A stretch of 55,890 nucleotides of DNA, filler included, from Sphacelaria rigidula (Eukaryota), in assembly GCA_964200075.2 (NCBI GenBank). It is 6 parts of 6 records of this genome, joined end to end, with 100 filler letters (N's around TTAATTAATTAA, not from the genome) between each part and the next. Parts side by side here need not be neighbours in the genome. Positions count along the whole stretch, not along the records: positions 9,333 to 18,564 come from CAXNAA020008976.1; positions 18,665 to 27,896 come from CAXNAA020008977.1; 4 more parts are not named here. One strand, given 5' to 3'. Made by a program: the position numbers and the translations under genes. The notes under the pieces are model-generated. The model ran no database searches and was not told the origin of the DNA. It saw nothing but the letters and a program-made list of their open reading frames with translations. Positions 13,201 to 25,296 of this stretch are shown here, in pieces (within the stretch, counting starts at the first letter, position 1; each line of letters begins with the position of its first letter).

Positions 13201-16200
13201 TCTCCTTGCCTACCATCGGTCACGGCCGCATCCTTGCCTAAATGACAAGGAAGAGAATCACGCCTCGCTCTGGAGATCCTTCGACAGCAGGGTACGACAA
13301 CGTTCTTCTTCGGGACGCATCACTCTGCTGCCTCACCCCTAGCGAAGCCTAGTTTACATGAGAACCGAAAGTGGCGGCGAAAAAGGCTCGAAGCTATACG
13401 CGTAATCCTTTTCGTCGGAGGAAGGTTGCACTGCTTTTCACACCATGGACATGGATCATGTTGTCACATTAAGTGTACTGCGTACAGCATCGACTATTGC
13501 GTCTATTGCAGTAGACCAAATATTCCATACTGTACGCCGTACAATTTTTGATAATGCAATCTATTGTTCAGGGTGTGCTGCTTTTCACCGCCGGTTTTGG
13601 TTCTAAACTAAACCGGTTACGGCCGCGTGCTGTGGGTTCTCGGGGGGGGGAGGGGAGAGGCGTACTCATTTGTTCCTTGCCTCAGTCGTTTGACCGTTGA
13701 CGACGCATCCCTGTCGAAACGGAGCACTTCGGCGGATAGAGGAAAGTTGAAAAAAAATATGTGTTGATGGATTTTTGGCGAAAAAGTCCAACGAGAGACT
13801 TGGGAAATTAAAAAAATCGCGGTCCCCCTCCCCGGCCCTCCGAGTTTGAGGGAACGTGCTGCTGCAGAACTTGAAGATTTATGTCAGGAGTATTCCCGCT
13901 ATTCTTTCGAGTACCCAACGTATCGAAGAAGCAAATTATATGACACACACTCATACCCCGGTCGCCCCGGTGGCTCAGTTGGTAACCTCGAAACCTTCTG
14001 ACGGTTGGGTCGTGGACTCAAATCTCGGAGCGATCTGGGAGTTTTTCTCGCACCATGCCCAACAGTGGAGAGCGACTATGTCGTAGGTACACAAAACTCG
14101 ACTTGACGGTCGGCGAGGGACAGGAACTGCTGAACTCCTCTCGCGATAAAAAATAAAAGCAAGCGCCGCAGAAGGGAGGTGGAGTACTAAAATTCAAAGA
14201 AGAAAAAACTCCTGTGTTGACCTTCCTCGTGTGTGACCCCGGCTAGTGCGCCCACACATACCGAAAGGTGTAGACCGGTGTCCAGAATAGATGGGACGAC
14301 AACACACGACACACACACTCATGTCATGCACGTACATCATATAATCACTGACACACACACACACACGTACGGACGCGCGTGCGCATATGCTTCAGGTATG
14401 ACGAGCGAATCTCGGCGATGCACGAATGCTACTTGCAACGAACCGAAAACACAAGCTCGGTAGTCGGGGATAAAGACGGAGCGGGGAGCAGATGCGGGCG
14501 GGGATACGTGCCCGATCGACACCTACCGCTTCTTGTGGAAATCGTTGCCGAGACTGAGGGGCCGCTCAACAACGCCTCAGAGGGTATGGACAGTGGTGGT
14601 GGTGAAGGTGGTGACAAACTCGAGTGGTTGGACGACATGTTCCCGCTCGCGAACGATCAAGATGAAAGGGAACAACACACGTGCGATGGTGTCGACGACG
14701 GCGACCAATCGGACGATCAGAAACCGCGGAGTGATTGTTGTACTGTTTTTGTCGCCTCAGACGAGCAACGTTCAACCGCTACGGAAATCATAACGTCCGA
14801 GGCGGTAAAACACTCTGTCGTGGTGGAAGAGCGTCCTGTGGACAACGGCAGTTCTGTGGAGACTTCCCCTCATGACATCATATGCCCAGAACGTTCCGGA
14901 GAATGCGCTGCAGGACGTTCTTCTTCTCTTCCTCCTCCTCCTTCTGCTGCTTCTGGCAGTGGTAGGTGCGAGGTTGGATCAAGAGAAGACCAACGTCCAG
15001 ACCACAGGATGGAGGGCGTGTACGAATCTCTTGCCGAGAGGTTGCGGATGAAGCTGCGCTCTAGAACCAGAACCAGCGAGGCTGGAGTGGCCGGAGAGGG
15101 AGTCAACGAGCAACTGTGGCTCGGAATCGCTGGTCCTCCCGGGTCTGGCAAGACTACGCTGGCGGTAGGTGTCATTATTTAGTCGTTGGCCCGGTGGGCA
15201 TCGTCCGGTCGGGCTTAGGACCGTCGTACATACGCGAGGATCTAAGTAGCTCCCAAGAGCTAGTAGCTCCCAAGAGCTACCTCGGCTTGCTTTTTTAAGT
15301 GAATCTGAGTCATCCTTCGGGGGGAACGTAAACACATCGTTGGGTTATTGGCTTCCCTGACCCCTTGATTTCTCCGCAGTGAGGGGTGATGTGTATCATG
15401 TTGATGATCGCATCCGTATTCACAGCACTTGAGAAATTGCCGTTGCATGAATCAGCTTCCGATGGGAGCCCAGAAGAAAAAGACAGTGTAGCACCGGTGC
15501 TTTGACACCAACGGTGCGCTGTGTACCATGCCTAGGGCGATGGATTATGACTGCTTTTGGTGCCATGTAGGTGTCTACAGTACTGTTTCGGGGTAGGTTC
15601 TTTTCCATCGCCCCCTAAATAGCACCCCTGGGATATCAGTTTGCAGACTCCGAAACCGTATCGCCGGCGGGTGCTATATGCCGTAAATTACGATACTTGT
15701 CCACAGAGACATTCCGAGAAATAGTCCACAAGGAAAAAATATTCTAGCACCCCCGGTATGACTCGAACCTCCTCCCTGTATGCGATGATGGTGTATATCA
15801 TAGGAACGTTGTTCACCACAACTGGCCAAGAAGTCATGATGAGAAACGTATGAATTATGTTGGCATCATACCGATAACTCAAGTACCTTTAGTACGGGGT
15901 ACATCATTGCATATCTTCCCCCGAAAAATACCACCCCCGCCTTACATGATTTCAGGTGCCGAACCTCGTCATGTGGAGGTGATATGTACCACGACCCACC
16001 TCATCTTCTCGGTAAGCTTGTGCTACCTATGTACGGGCGGTACAAAGCTGTCTAAATTGCAAGCGGGTTGCGAAGTCAGTAGCGTTCGCCGTTTGCTAGG
16101 GCATAAGAAGGACAGGATATGATTGTTGAATCTGGACCGTGAACACCCACAGCGATCTACAGGGTACTCCTGCTGCTGCTGCTGCTGCTGCTGTTGCTGT

Positions 16201-18165
16201 TGTTTTAGTCTCCGAGGATCGGCCCACCTTCCTTCCGGCACTTCGTGCAGTATAGTAACAATGAGTAACGCTGATGTGGTTATTAGTTAACCTCCCTCTC
16301 TGCCCCCTGACGGGATGAGGATTGGGTACGAGGATAGTGAAGGGAGCCAGGGCTCAGACCAGGGCTCAGATCACAGCCTCGTGAAGGAGGGGGCGGTGAG
16401 GTCACACAGAATTGTTTAGAGGGGGAAATTACGTAAAAAACGTCCATCAAAGGTGTACTGAACGATCGAACCGATAATGCTTTCTTGTGAAAACAAATCT
16501 CGGTGGCAACTTCTATCTTGACCAAAACGCACTCCCCTCACCCGTTCTCTTCCGTACCCATCGCTGGAAATTTTTCTAGTGGTCAGCAGCTCGTGATGCA
16601 GCACGTAGCCACCTCCCCCCCCCACTCCTCTCCCGTAGAAGACAAGGAGTGATACGAGTAGTCTCTCCGCCCCGCCTCCTCCTCCCCTGCTGCGCGCACC
16701 TCCACGACATTTTCTCCTCCTCGCGTCTACTCGCGGCGCAATCGATGAATGCAGGCGGAATTATGCAAACGAGTCTCCTCGGAGTTTCCCGCCGTATGTG
16801 TGCCCATGGACGGATACCACCTCTACAGGTCAGTTCGTTCCTTCACAGTGCGTTTCAATGGTTATTGTAACGATACCCTTTTTTCTGCTGTTTTTGTGAT
16901 GCTGTGGTTTTTAATCCGTCCTCGGGAAGAATCCGTTGTCTTGACGTGCCGCCGATCGAATCTGCACTCGCCCACCGCGTGGAATCTCGTTGAATTTTCC
17001 TTTTGCTTCTCACTCCCCCTCATATTCTCCACTGCGACAACCAGACTCTGCTCGAATGGACTGGATGCGTCCGGGCCCGAGCCCGCACCCGTCGGCCCTG
17101 GCTGGCCATTGTTTAACAAGCTAGACCACCGACGCGCGGCGGTGACACATCGAAACGTACACGATGAACTTGCAGCTCTGCTTCTCGAGCGTCAAGTTTA
17201 CCTGGGCAGTACTCGCGTATATTGTATTCGTCGCCGTGCTTTCCTCTTGAAACATGGTGCGTAACGGTTTTTTGCACTGCATGAATAACGTAGACCATCG
17301 ATGTAACGCTGTTCCCTCTTGAAGCAGACTCTCCCATTGCCATGTGACTCAAAATAAAGTATTTTACTTATCCCTGAGTACACATACCGCTTTTCGTACG
17401 TAAAATGTGTTCAAGATCAACCGGAATGTATCGCCGCTGCCCCCCCCTCCCCCCGGTCTCGTCTCCTCCTGGATCGGTTTCCGATTGTTTTGAAATACTT
17501 CTTGGATTTGTTTTTTCCAAAATGACGAGGAAAAAGATTGTGAATGATTTGAGCTGCACGTTCTCGACTCGCAAGCTAGTATGTGGATACCGTGAAGCAT
17601 CCCGAGAAAGCTTGCTTACTGCCGCCGGGGTGCACAATGGATGTTTCACAAGAGTCAGTTTTGCGTGTGAATGTCTTGAACCGTTTCTCATTTTTGGGGG
17701 GAATTTTTTTCGACAGTTTCGACTTGTTTTTTGTTATTTCTGAATGTCCGTGAAGTCATATATATATACTATCATAGTACTTCTGGCGCGAGCTTTGAGG
17801 TCATGAAGGACCCCGAGGAGGCTGGCTTCAGGGGGAGGTTCACACGGGACGTTTGAACAGGAACCAGTTCTGGTTCATGAGTTCTCTATCTTCTCGAGCA
17901 GATGTTGACAAGATTGAGTTCACAACGAAAGGTTTCACACACAAGTGTAAAATCTTTTACGGCTTAATAATTCATGGTTGACACTTTCAGGCGCGAGCTA
18001 GATGCCATGACGGATCCTGCAGAGGCTTACCGCAGGCGGGGTGCGCACTGGACGTTCAACGGAGACCGGTTCTTGTCTGAGGTGAAGCAGGCCAGGCGGA
18101 ACCGGTTCGGTTCTTTCCCGGGGTTCGATCACGCCGTGGGAGATCCTGTTGAGGGAGAAATCCAG
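10203..18165 (+). CDS. partial spliced gene: calmodulin-lysine N-methyltransferase-like C-terminus fused to a P-loop kinase of the phosphoribulokinase/uridine kinase (YFH7/YggC-like) family
   Basis: Exons 10203-10438, 14396-15164, 16755-16828 and 17991-18165; all AG/GT, intron phases 2, 0, 2, joining in one frame. Both ends run off the contig (no start or stop seen). Confidence 0.8.
13439..13577. mobile_element. hAT-type MITE (CACACC..GGTGTG termini)
   Basis: Termini cacaccatggaca / tgttcagggtgtg; perfect 8-bp TSD ctgctttt on both sides. Confidence 0.8.
13960..14320 (+). mobile_element. tRNA-derived SINE, full-length-like copy (intronic)
   Basis: ggtcgccccggtggctcagttggtaacctcgaaaccttctgacggtt...ctcaaatctcgg head, conserved body, (CA)n tail. 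Confidence 0.8.
15009..18165 (+). other. P-loop kinase domain, PRK/uridine kinase/YFH7-like
   Basis: Walker A LGIAGPPGSGKTTLA, then VPMDGYHLYRRELD, RRGAHWTF, and FPGFDHAVGDPVEGEI; all are hallmark motifs of this family. Confidence 0.9.
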
Positions 18166-18505
18166 GTACTACGCATTCCACCAATGTTCACTTTATTTCC
18201 GTAGGTGACAAAAAGCAGATCTCCTCCCGTGATCAGCTTTTCGAAGCTGATTTCTCGAGGAGTCTGCACTCCCGACGATCCAAATCTTCATGTTGGAAAT
18301 ATCTTCATAGTATTCTTTGCTGGGACCATTTTGGAATCCAATTATATCTGAAATCGTGTGTGAAACCGAGTTGCGCAGTGTCATCAACGATACTGAAAGC
18401 AAGCGATTAGCCCAAAAGGAAGTTGAACGACGAAACAATTTGGTGTCCTAGTAAGCATTCCTCTACATGGACACAGAATAATGTCCGTATTTTCCAAGCC
18501 AGAGC

Positions 18506-18564
18506 GGTCGCCCCGGTGGCTCAGTTGGTAACCTCGTAACCTTCTGATGGTTGAGTTGGGGGGT
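18506..18564 (+). mobile_element. SINE head cut by the contig end
   Basis: ggtcgccccggtggctcagttggtaacctcgtaaccttctgatggtt, nearly identical to 13960 onward. Confidence 0.75.
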
Positions 18565-18664
18565 NNNNNNNNNNNNNNNNNNNNNNNNNNNNNNNNNNNN
18601 NNNNNNNNTTAATTAATTAANNNNNNNNNNNNNNNNNNNNNNNNNNNNNNNNNNNNNNNNNNNN
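18565..18664. other. artificial contig linker
   Basis: Identical 100-nt N/TTAATTAATTAA/N spacer. Confidence 0.97.
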
Positions 18665-19921
18665 CTGACATTTCCGAGACATCCGGGGGTTTCCAGAGCT
18701 CGGGGGGGGGGGGGATATCTATCGCAGAGCACCGGTAGACACCTGGTAGACATATTCGCTGTCTACCTTCATAACCCATTTTGATCATTCCTGATCAACC
18801 ATAGATTATATAACCAACACGCAGGTGTTTGAGCATCTTCGGTACACTGTTGTGTCTGTCTGTTCAGTGCTGCCTGAGCATCGTACTCGCTCCACACCTC
18901 CATCTGGTATCAAACATCATGGCGCAACACCCGAGCGGCGGGCACGAGTACCCGACGCAGGTAGATGTAGACAACTTCTTCGACGATGAGGCGACCGCCA
19001 TCGCCGAGCAATTGCTCTACGGTAGTCAGGGGCGTTCGCGGCGGTAGGCATGTTGCGATATCCAACGCATGCTGCGTACACTCGGCACGTTCAACACTGT
19101 AACATCCATTACGCTGCAGACCGCACGTGCAGCCGCGGCACGATACACTCGAGACTGCACAGCAAGAATATGAGGCGTAATAATTAGGTGGTCGACAACC
19201 ACACCACCGTCTGTGTCATGAGGCAACCATGCACCTCATATGCACTCCCCGTCCCTTCCGCCGTAAAGTAGGCGTTTGGAGTTGTGACAAAGGAATGATT
19301 CTGAACCCATAAGGTGTAGTGTCTACCTCAGTCTACCAGCGGGGGGGTCGCTGTCCAAGGGTCAAGGATTGATTCATGCGGTGCGAATCAATTACACTAA
19401 AATCAAGTAATATCCAGACAAATCGTTCATTCGCCCGACCCTTGCACGAATGGCATGTCATCTCGACTGTACTTTCTTTTTGACTCCTGCTGGTGCTGCA
19501 GGGCGTAACATGACGCATGCGGATGTTCGCCATCAGCAGCCACATACATGGAAGCAAACAGCGTGTCGTCGATTTCCACGGTTGCGATCACCGCAAGGTT
19601 CCGCAGCAACACCGCGCAGTGCAACCAACTTGGTTAATCTGTAATCTGATAGCAAGCATACACAATCCCCACCCTTTGGAAACCCCTACATGTCCCTGGG
19701 CTGTCAGTTGGAGAGAACATTTGGGCAATGTGCATGAACTGCCCCTTTCGAGACGGAGTGCCGTTCCCAATACTAATAAACACCTTCGACATGAAGGGAA
19801 TGGGGGTGGGGGGTAGGAGTACTCACAATTTTGCACTCCTCAGTCATGAGCCCAGTGACCTCGCATCCCTAAAAAGCCGGGACGGAGCACGCCGGGTTCT
19901 GGCCGGACCACGCGGGGTGAG

Positions 19922-19985
19922 GGCGTACTCATTTTTTGCTTGCCTCAGTCGTCTGACCATTGACCACGCACTCCTTTCGAGTGAG
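19922..19985 (+). repeat. dispersed repeat (other copies at ~13660-13720 and ~46502-46546)
   Basis: Shared ggcgtactcattt..t.cttgcct.agtcgt.tgacc.ttgac in three different contigs. Confidence 0.7.
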
Positions 19986-21943
19986 GTGGGGGTAGAGAAA
20001 ATAAGGAAATAGGAGTACGCCATTTTTTCGGCTCCACATCCCTTCCAAATCGTCATATTTTCCAGCTTTCAAGCAGTGAGACGTAGAGCACGCACTCGAC
20101 ACAGAGTATGGGAAGAACGGAAATTTAGTAGCAGGGCAAGAAGGGGAGCACAGCGTGATGCTCTGCACGTGTTTGAATCAAGGCCTGGATCTTCGCCAGA
20201 AACGAGCGCGATGGCGTGACACGACCCGGTGATTTCGTTCGGCACATTTTTGCACAACTTGCACACGTGTTCTCTACAGAACATACGAAGCTCGGTGTAG
20301 CTATTACCAAGGCCTATCTCCGCAGACCTCAAAAGCATTTCCTTCGTGGATTCTTTTGTGGACCTTGTTCTGCTGAGATCGGTGACTACAGATGGGATCG
20401 CTGCCTAGAGCACCTTTGCATAAACGCGTGCAGTTCGAGTTCCTGTTTCATCAAACACCTATTCGTCGACGAATGAGGTTTTCCATGCCCGACACACCAC
20501 CGCGTATGCTGCGAAGCTGAAACCATAGCACCAAGCTCGTTCGACAGCATACTCTGCTAAAAAGGGAGGTCGTCGCGTCCAGAGTCGTCGGAATGACACG
20601 AAAGTTCGGTGGTACGCTGTTGAACGGTGCTGCTGTCACAAACACTACCGTACAAACCCAGGTTCAAGACAGTAACCCACGCAGCGTCTTATCACCATTT
20701 TGGCGGCTCAAACCTAGATGCTCTTCAAAACCTGGTGAAAATGTCTTTGCCTGCGGTTCTCAGTAAGGAAATGTGCACTTTTCCTGATCATGTTCCGCAA
20801 GGAGCCTCTCCGACAAAAAGGCTCTAGCGCACTTCTCGCGTGTGAGGAAGCGGCTCTCGATGAGACGTGCCTTACAAAGAGGGATTACTGGAATCAACTG
20901 CCTCGTCAACCTCACTAACGGAATAGTTCACAAAAATCGACTATTTGGTAGGGCTGTGAACTGGACCAGTTTGTACTGGCAGTTAAACTAGAACTGGTGA
21001 TCAGGACTCCAGTTCATCCACTTTATTTGACGTTTGTCGTTACCAGCTATGTTTATACCATTTTTATTATGGTGAGTTTATAACATAAGCTGCTCACATG
21101 ATTACGAACAAAATGACAGTAGGATTGGGGTCTGCACCTGACAACAGTACAGTACAGTACAGTAGTACTCGTGGTCACTACACCTCGAAGTGATATCACG
21201 TATGTATGCCTGGTTTGTCGTTTCATAGCACATCTGGAATAAGAAATAGCAAACAAACGGTAATCAGCGACCACAAAGTATGAAATAAATTGTTTTCGAA
21301 TTGCTCGTCGCTTTGAATGGGATTTGAATGTCATCCGAGAGTGCCCAAAAAAACAGAGCATCTGCACCGTCAATTTATTCGACGGAATTGTGAAACGATG
21401 TGCATGAGGTATGTAGTGAGGACCGGGTTGTCTCCCCTTGTCATCTCTTTTTTCCCATCAGTGGTCGCCGACTTTGCACCGAATTAATGTTGCGATTGTC
21501 TCCATCACGAATAAGTCATGGAAGGGAGACGATAGGAGCTTCGCACTTACGTCATGTACACCGTATCAAAATTTGCATAGAAAACGATTCAAAATTGACC
21601 AGCGCAACCGCGCTTTCCTCATCAGAACCGGTTGACTTGCTCTTAGAGTTCAACCTCAGGCGGAACTTTGACGTTCTTTACAAGCTTTCTTGACCTGCTG
21701 CTCACCGGTTCGCACACCACGACCAGACGCCTTGGCGCGCTGGGGGCTTCGTCTGCGTGCCCCATCTCAGACACTGCGCACCTACAGTACGACATGCATC
21801 ATGGTACAACCACAACTTGTGCAGCACCATCACTTTGCGGCCGCGGCACAACCGACTGTAACCGAAGTTCCGATTTCAGTCGGTATGTTCCCCTAATTTC
21901 GCCGCACATGTCACCCTCAACTCTTTACACTTCGCAACTGACT

Positions 21944-22053
21944 CATACCCTGGACAATAGAATACACGGTCGAAAAATGTCATGCAATAGACAATAGATT
22001 CCATACTGTACGCAGTACATTTTTCGACCGTGTATTCTTTTGTCCAGGGTATG
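21944..22053. mobile_element. hAT-type MITE
   Basis: TIR cataccctggacaatagaatacacggtcgaaaaatgt / acatttttcgaccgtgtattcttttgtccagggtatg; TSD aactgact / acctgaca. Confidence 0.75.
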
Positions 22054-23770
22054 ACCTGACAACAGTTTGGTATTTCCTTTGATGAACACGTAAGGAATCG
22101 CAGTGCTACATGAAGTGAAAGATGCGCGTTGATATGCAGATTACCCACCTTGTGTCATAGTGGGCACAACAGGCGAAGGTCTGATCGAAAGTCCCCTTCT
22201 TGGGCGGCCCGGCCTGTAGCTCGTGGTTAAACTTTCAAACTTTCTGTGACCACGTCCCGTCGACTTTGGTATCACCGTAGACCCACATTTTGGCCTAGGG
22301 GATGTACCATCATCATCACACGTGAAAGTTAGTACCACTTGACGCAACGGGAGCCACCCCGAACGACTGTGTACAGTGCCATTTTCCAGTTTCAACGCCA
22401 TCCGCGCGGATCGCTGACAGCTGTCCTGAATGACGTGAACTGCTGGTGTCTGTGATCGAGTGCGCAGCAGTCCGTTCACCTGTTCGTTGATTTTTTCCCG
22501 CCCGCACCCTCGTTCATTTTTTCACCGCACCGCATGTATCCATTTCGACTGGTTGCACGGTTATTTCGTGTTCAGCTTTCACATACAGAATCCAGACATG
22601 AACCTTCCATCTCTCGTCCCCTCAACGCCCACCATGTACAGTCGATGCCCCCCCGTCATCCTCACAGCCATGCAACCCACCTCGACTTGTTCGCAGGCCC
22701 AACGCCGTCCGTGAGCAGGAAGGTACCGAAGACGAGGGAGCGCATCTCATATCCTCGGATGTCACGCCTTCCCCGATCTCACTGCGCTGTCCGCCGTTCA
22801 GGGCCTCTCGCACCTGTCATGTGTCCGTATCAGCCTGGGAGGCAAGTCATGATGGACCCAAAAACCACAGGCACAACGCGGGCACGCCAAAAGCCGTCAG
22901 ATGAAAACTCTAGATAACCATGTGTCACGGTAGAATCTAATCCTCACTGCCATACTTCCGTCAAGTCATTTTCGCACGAGGAAGTAAAACTTTTCCTCCA
23001 CGTGTACACCAAGTTCGCACATGGCCATCTCTGAACCGGGCGGCAAAAGAAAAAATCAAGCAACCATCGTGAAACTGGTTCAGGAACATGGAGAGCAGGG
23101 GGGGGGGGGGGAGGGGGGGACCACGCGTAAACCCCTTGACAAGGAAATGGGATTGAGTGGGATGTTGTTGATTGTGGGGGATTTTTCAGGTATGCATGGC
23201 AAGATATCCGATTTAAATATCGGCTGGGCCACCCCCACACGATTTCGAACGACGCAGGTCAGCCCAGCACAATACCCCCACGCAAGTTGGATATAGCAGC
23301 GAGCTGGCCAGGGAATTACACTGCTATCAACTGCTCTGAGTGGTACGCGGCACAGAGGCGATCAACAACATCACACACAGTGACGATGTTAGATGACTCG
23401 AGCGGCGCATCCTTCGCCACTGGCATCAAGGGCAGGCTTGCTGTGCGTGGCTCAGCGAATACGGTCAACGCTGCGTACGTGCTTGATGTAATGCACGTCA
23501 AACTGGCCCTGTACACAACTGTAGTCTTCGACGTTTTGACAGCAGCACATCGAGTTATCTTTCCCGGCTGTGCTGAAATAAACCCAATGGCGCCAAAGTT
23601 TTACTTCGAATTCAGGACATCCGAGCATAATTTGATGAGCACAGTTGGATCTGTAGTTCTAGGTCTCATAGAAGTGCCCGATGAGGGATGGCGATGCGTG
23701 TTTTTCAACTCTCTCGAAATTATCCCGTTTTTTGGTCGTGTATGATAGTATATCATCGCTAAAAAAATTC

Positions 23771-24017
23771 CAAGGGTGTGTTGGGTAGGGCAAACGCTAG
23801 GGTGTTTACTCCCCCGAATTCTGGACTGTGATCGTCCCATCTCCGAACTCTCCCCAAAAACTGGTTTTAATTAAATACAATCGCAATACTTGACCCCATA
23901 TCTAATCATTGACGGGTACGAATTCAATACTTTACTCAACTTTTGGGTATTTAGTGTTCGATTTTTCGGAATATCCAAGTACAGGATATATCCCACACCC
24001 TACCCAACACACACTTG
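23771..24017. mobile_element. MITE with 20-bp TIR
   Basis: caagggtgtgttgggtaggg / ccctacccaacacacacttg (1 mismatch); flanks aaaattc / aaacttc may be an imperfect TSD. Confidence 0.6.
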
Positions 24018-24093
24018 AAACTTCTAGAAAATCAATCAGGTCAGCCCTACTTGCTGCAAGGCGAGACAGCAGAGTTCTTGCCTTCTCGCCAAC

Positions 24094-25296
24094 ATGAGCA
24101 GACCAGGAGATTGACGCTGGAGAGTCTGACAGAAGCCACCATCAGAGTAGTATATATTTAACACCCTGGACAGCATACCATCGATAATGTCACTCCCGCG
24201 ATCTACAGTCGCATTGGCCAGGCATGGACGTGCTTCCGCAAGTACAGCAAAGCGGTATACGACAACCCGTACATCGCCCTCGCCACCAAGGTTCGTTTCC
24301 TGAAAACTGAAGTGATCGAGGTAATGTTGTAAGGCTGCGTGACCTGGACGGTCCCACACGACAGTTTCGGCGAGTTGCGGGAGGCCCATCGAGGATTCCT
24401 GCTGAGGTGCCTCACTATGCGTACCTCAAGCCGCTGCCATACCACGAGGTTCTCGGATGAACAAGCTGCGAGTGCATTCAGGCCACCGTAATGAAGCGCA
24501 CCCTCCTACACGTCGGCTGCGTTGTGCGCATGCACGATGAACGCCTGCCCAACATCATGCGTGGAGTCATGATTGGAGGTAAGACGAGGGCAGGCCGATC
24601 AGCAAGGCGCCTAGAACACTGCTTCACGGACTACTGCTCGAACTTCGGGATAAATGCGACAACGTGGACGCAGGTTGCCCAAGATGTGTCCGAATGGTCC
24701 CGAATTGTAGAGGAGAGGGTTGACATGTACGCGGCAGCCTGGACGAAAGCATGACATGCTAAGGAAGTGTTTACTGTGCTGCCACTAGAGCTCTCCCAGT
24801 GTCTATCGAGGACCTTAAAAAAGTAACCAGTAGTCCATGGGGTAGTTCTCTCACTGGTACATCTGCGGTCTCTCCGAACAGCTGTAGCGGTGCTCTATCA
24901 GGGTGCCTTGGATTGTTCTTTCAGTTGCCCCCTGCCCGGTATCCTTGCGAGTCCGTTTGTGTCATCTGTCTTTGCTTTTATTTTCCCTTCATGTCGATGT
25001 GCTGTTCTTCGCACATCCAAACCTTTTTTTCTTTTCTCCCCGTTAAACTCGGGGAAGCTCCTTCTCATGTTTTTCTCGGCGTCTCTCTTCTTGTTTGTAT
25101 CTTGGTAATATTTGAGTTGATTACGTTTCATTTTTTCCATGAAGCTGGAGCCTCAAAAAAATGGTGGGGACGCCGTGTATTTCAAGGAATAGCAGGGACG
25201 GGATTGGAAATACGAGCCTACGTCTGCGACCATAGGTTCGAGAGATCGGGCTAATGTGCTGGGATAATACTACTACTACTACTATTACTACTACTG
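24094..25296 (+). mobile_element. 5'-truncated, degraded RTE-clade LINE (reverse transcriptase C-terminal region, 3' UTR, (TAC)n tail)
   Basis: IYSRIGQAWTCFRKYSKAVYD...TKVRFLKTEVIEVML*GCVTW..., then VMKRTLLHVGCVVRMHDERLPNIMRG...W...AQD.SEW; stops and frameshifts present. Ends in tactactact repeats at ~25268-25295. Confidence 0.8.

Larger units (their letters stand above)
10203..14546 (+). other. CAMKMT: calmodulin-lysine N-methyltransferase (CaM KMT, class I SAM methyltransferase) C-terminal segment
   Basis: DFHMDLMDTIDGLLLPGGRAILIQPQRGGTADLFVQRL ... R|YDERISAMHECYLQ ... YVPDRHLPLLVEIV follows the recalled CaM KMT C-terminal pattern (L..LL.P.G.A....P.RG.T...F; YDE.I...H; Y....H.PLL) in order. 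Confidence 0.75.

Noticed and set aside
20150-20900. Possible transposase relic on the minus strand
   Set aside because: Only isolated short motifs among many stops; cannot be assigned without a search.
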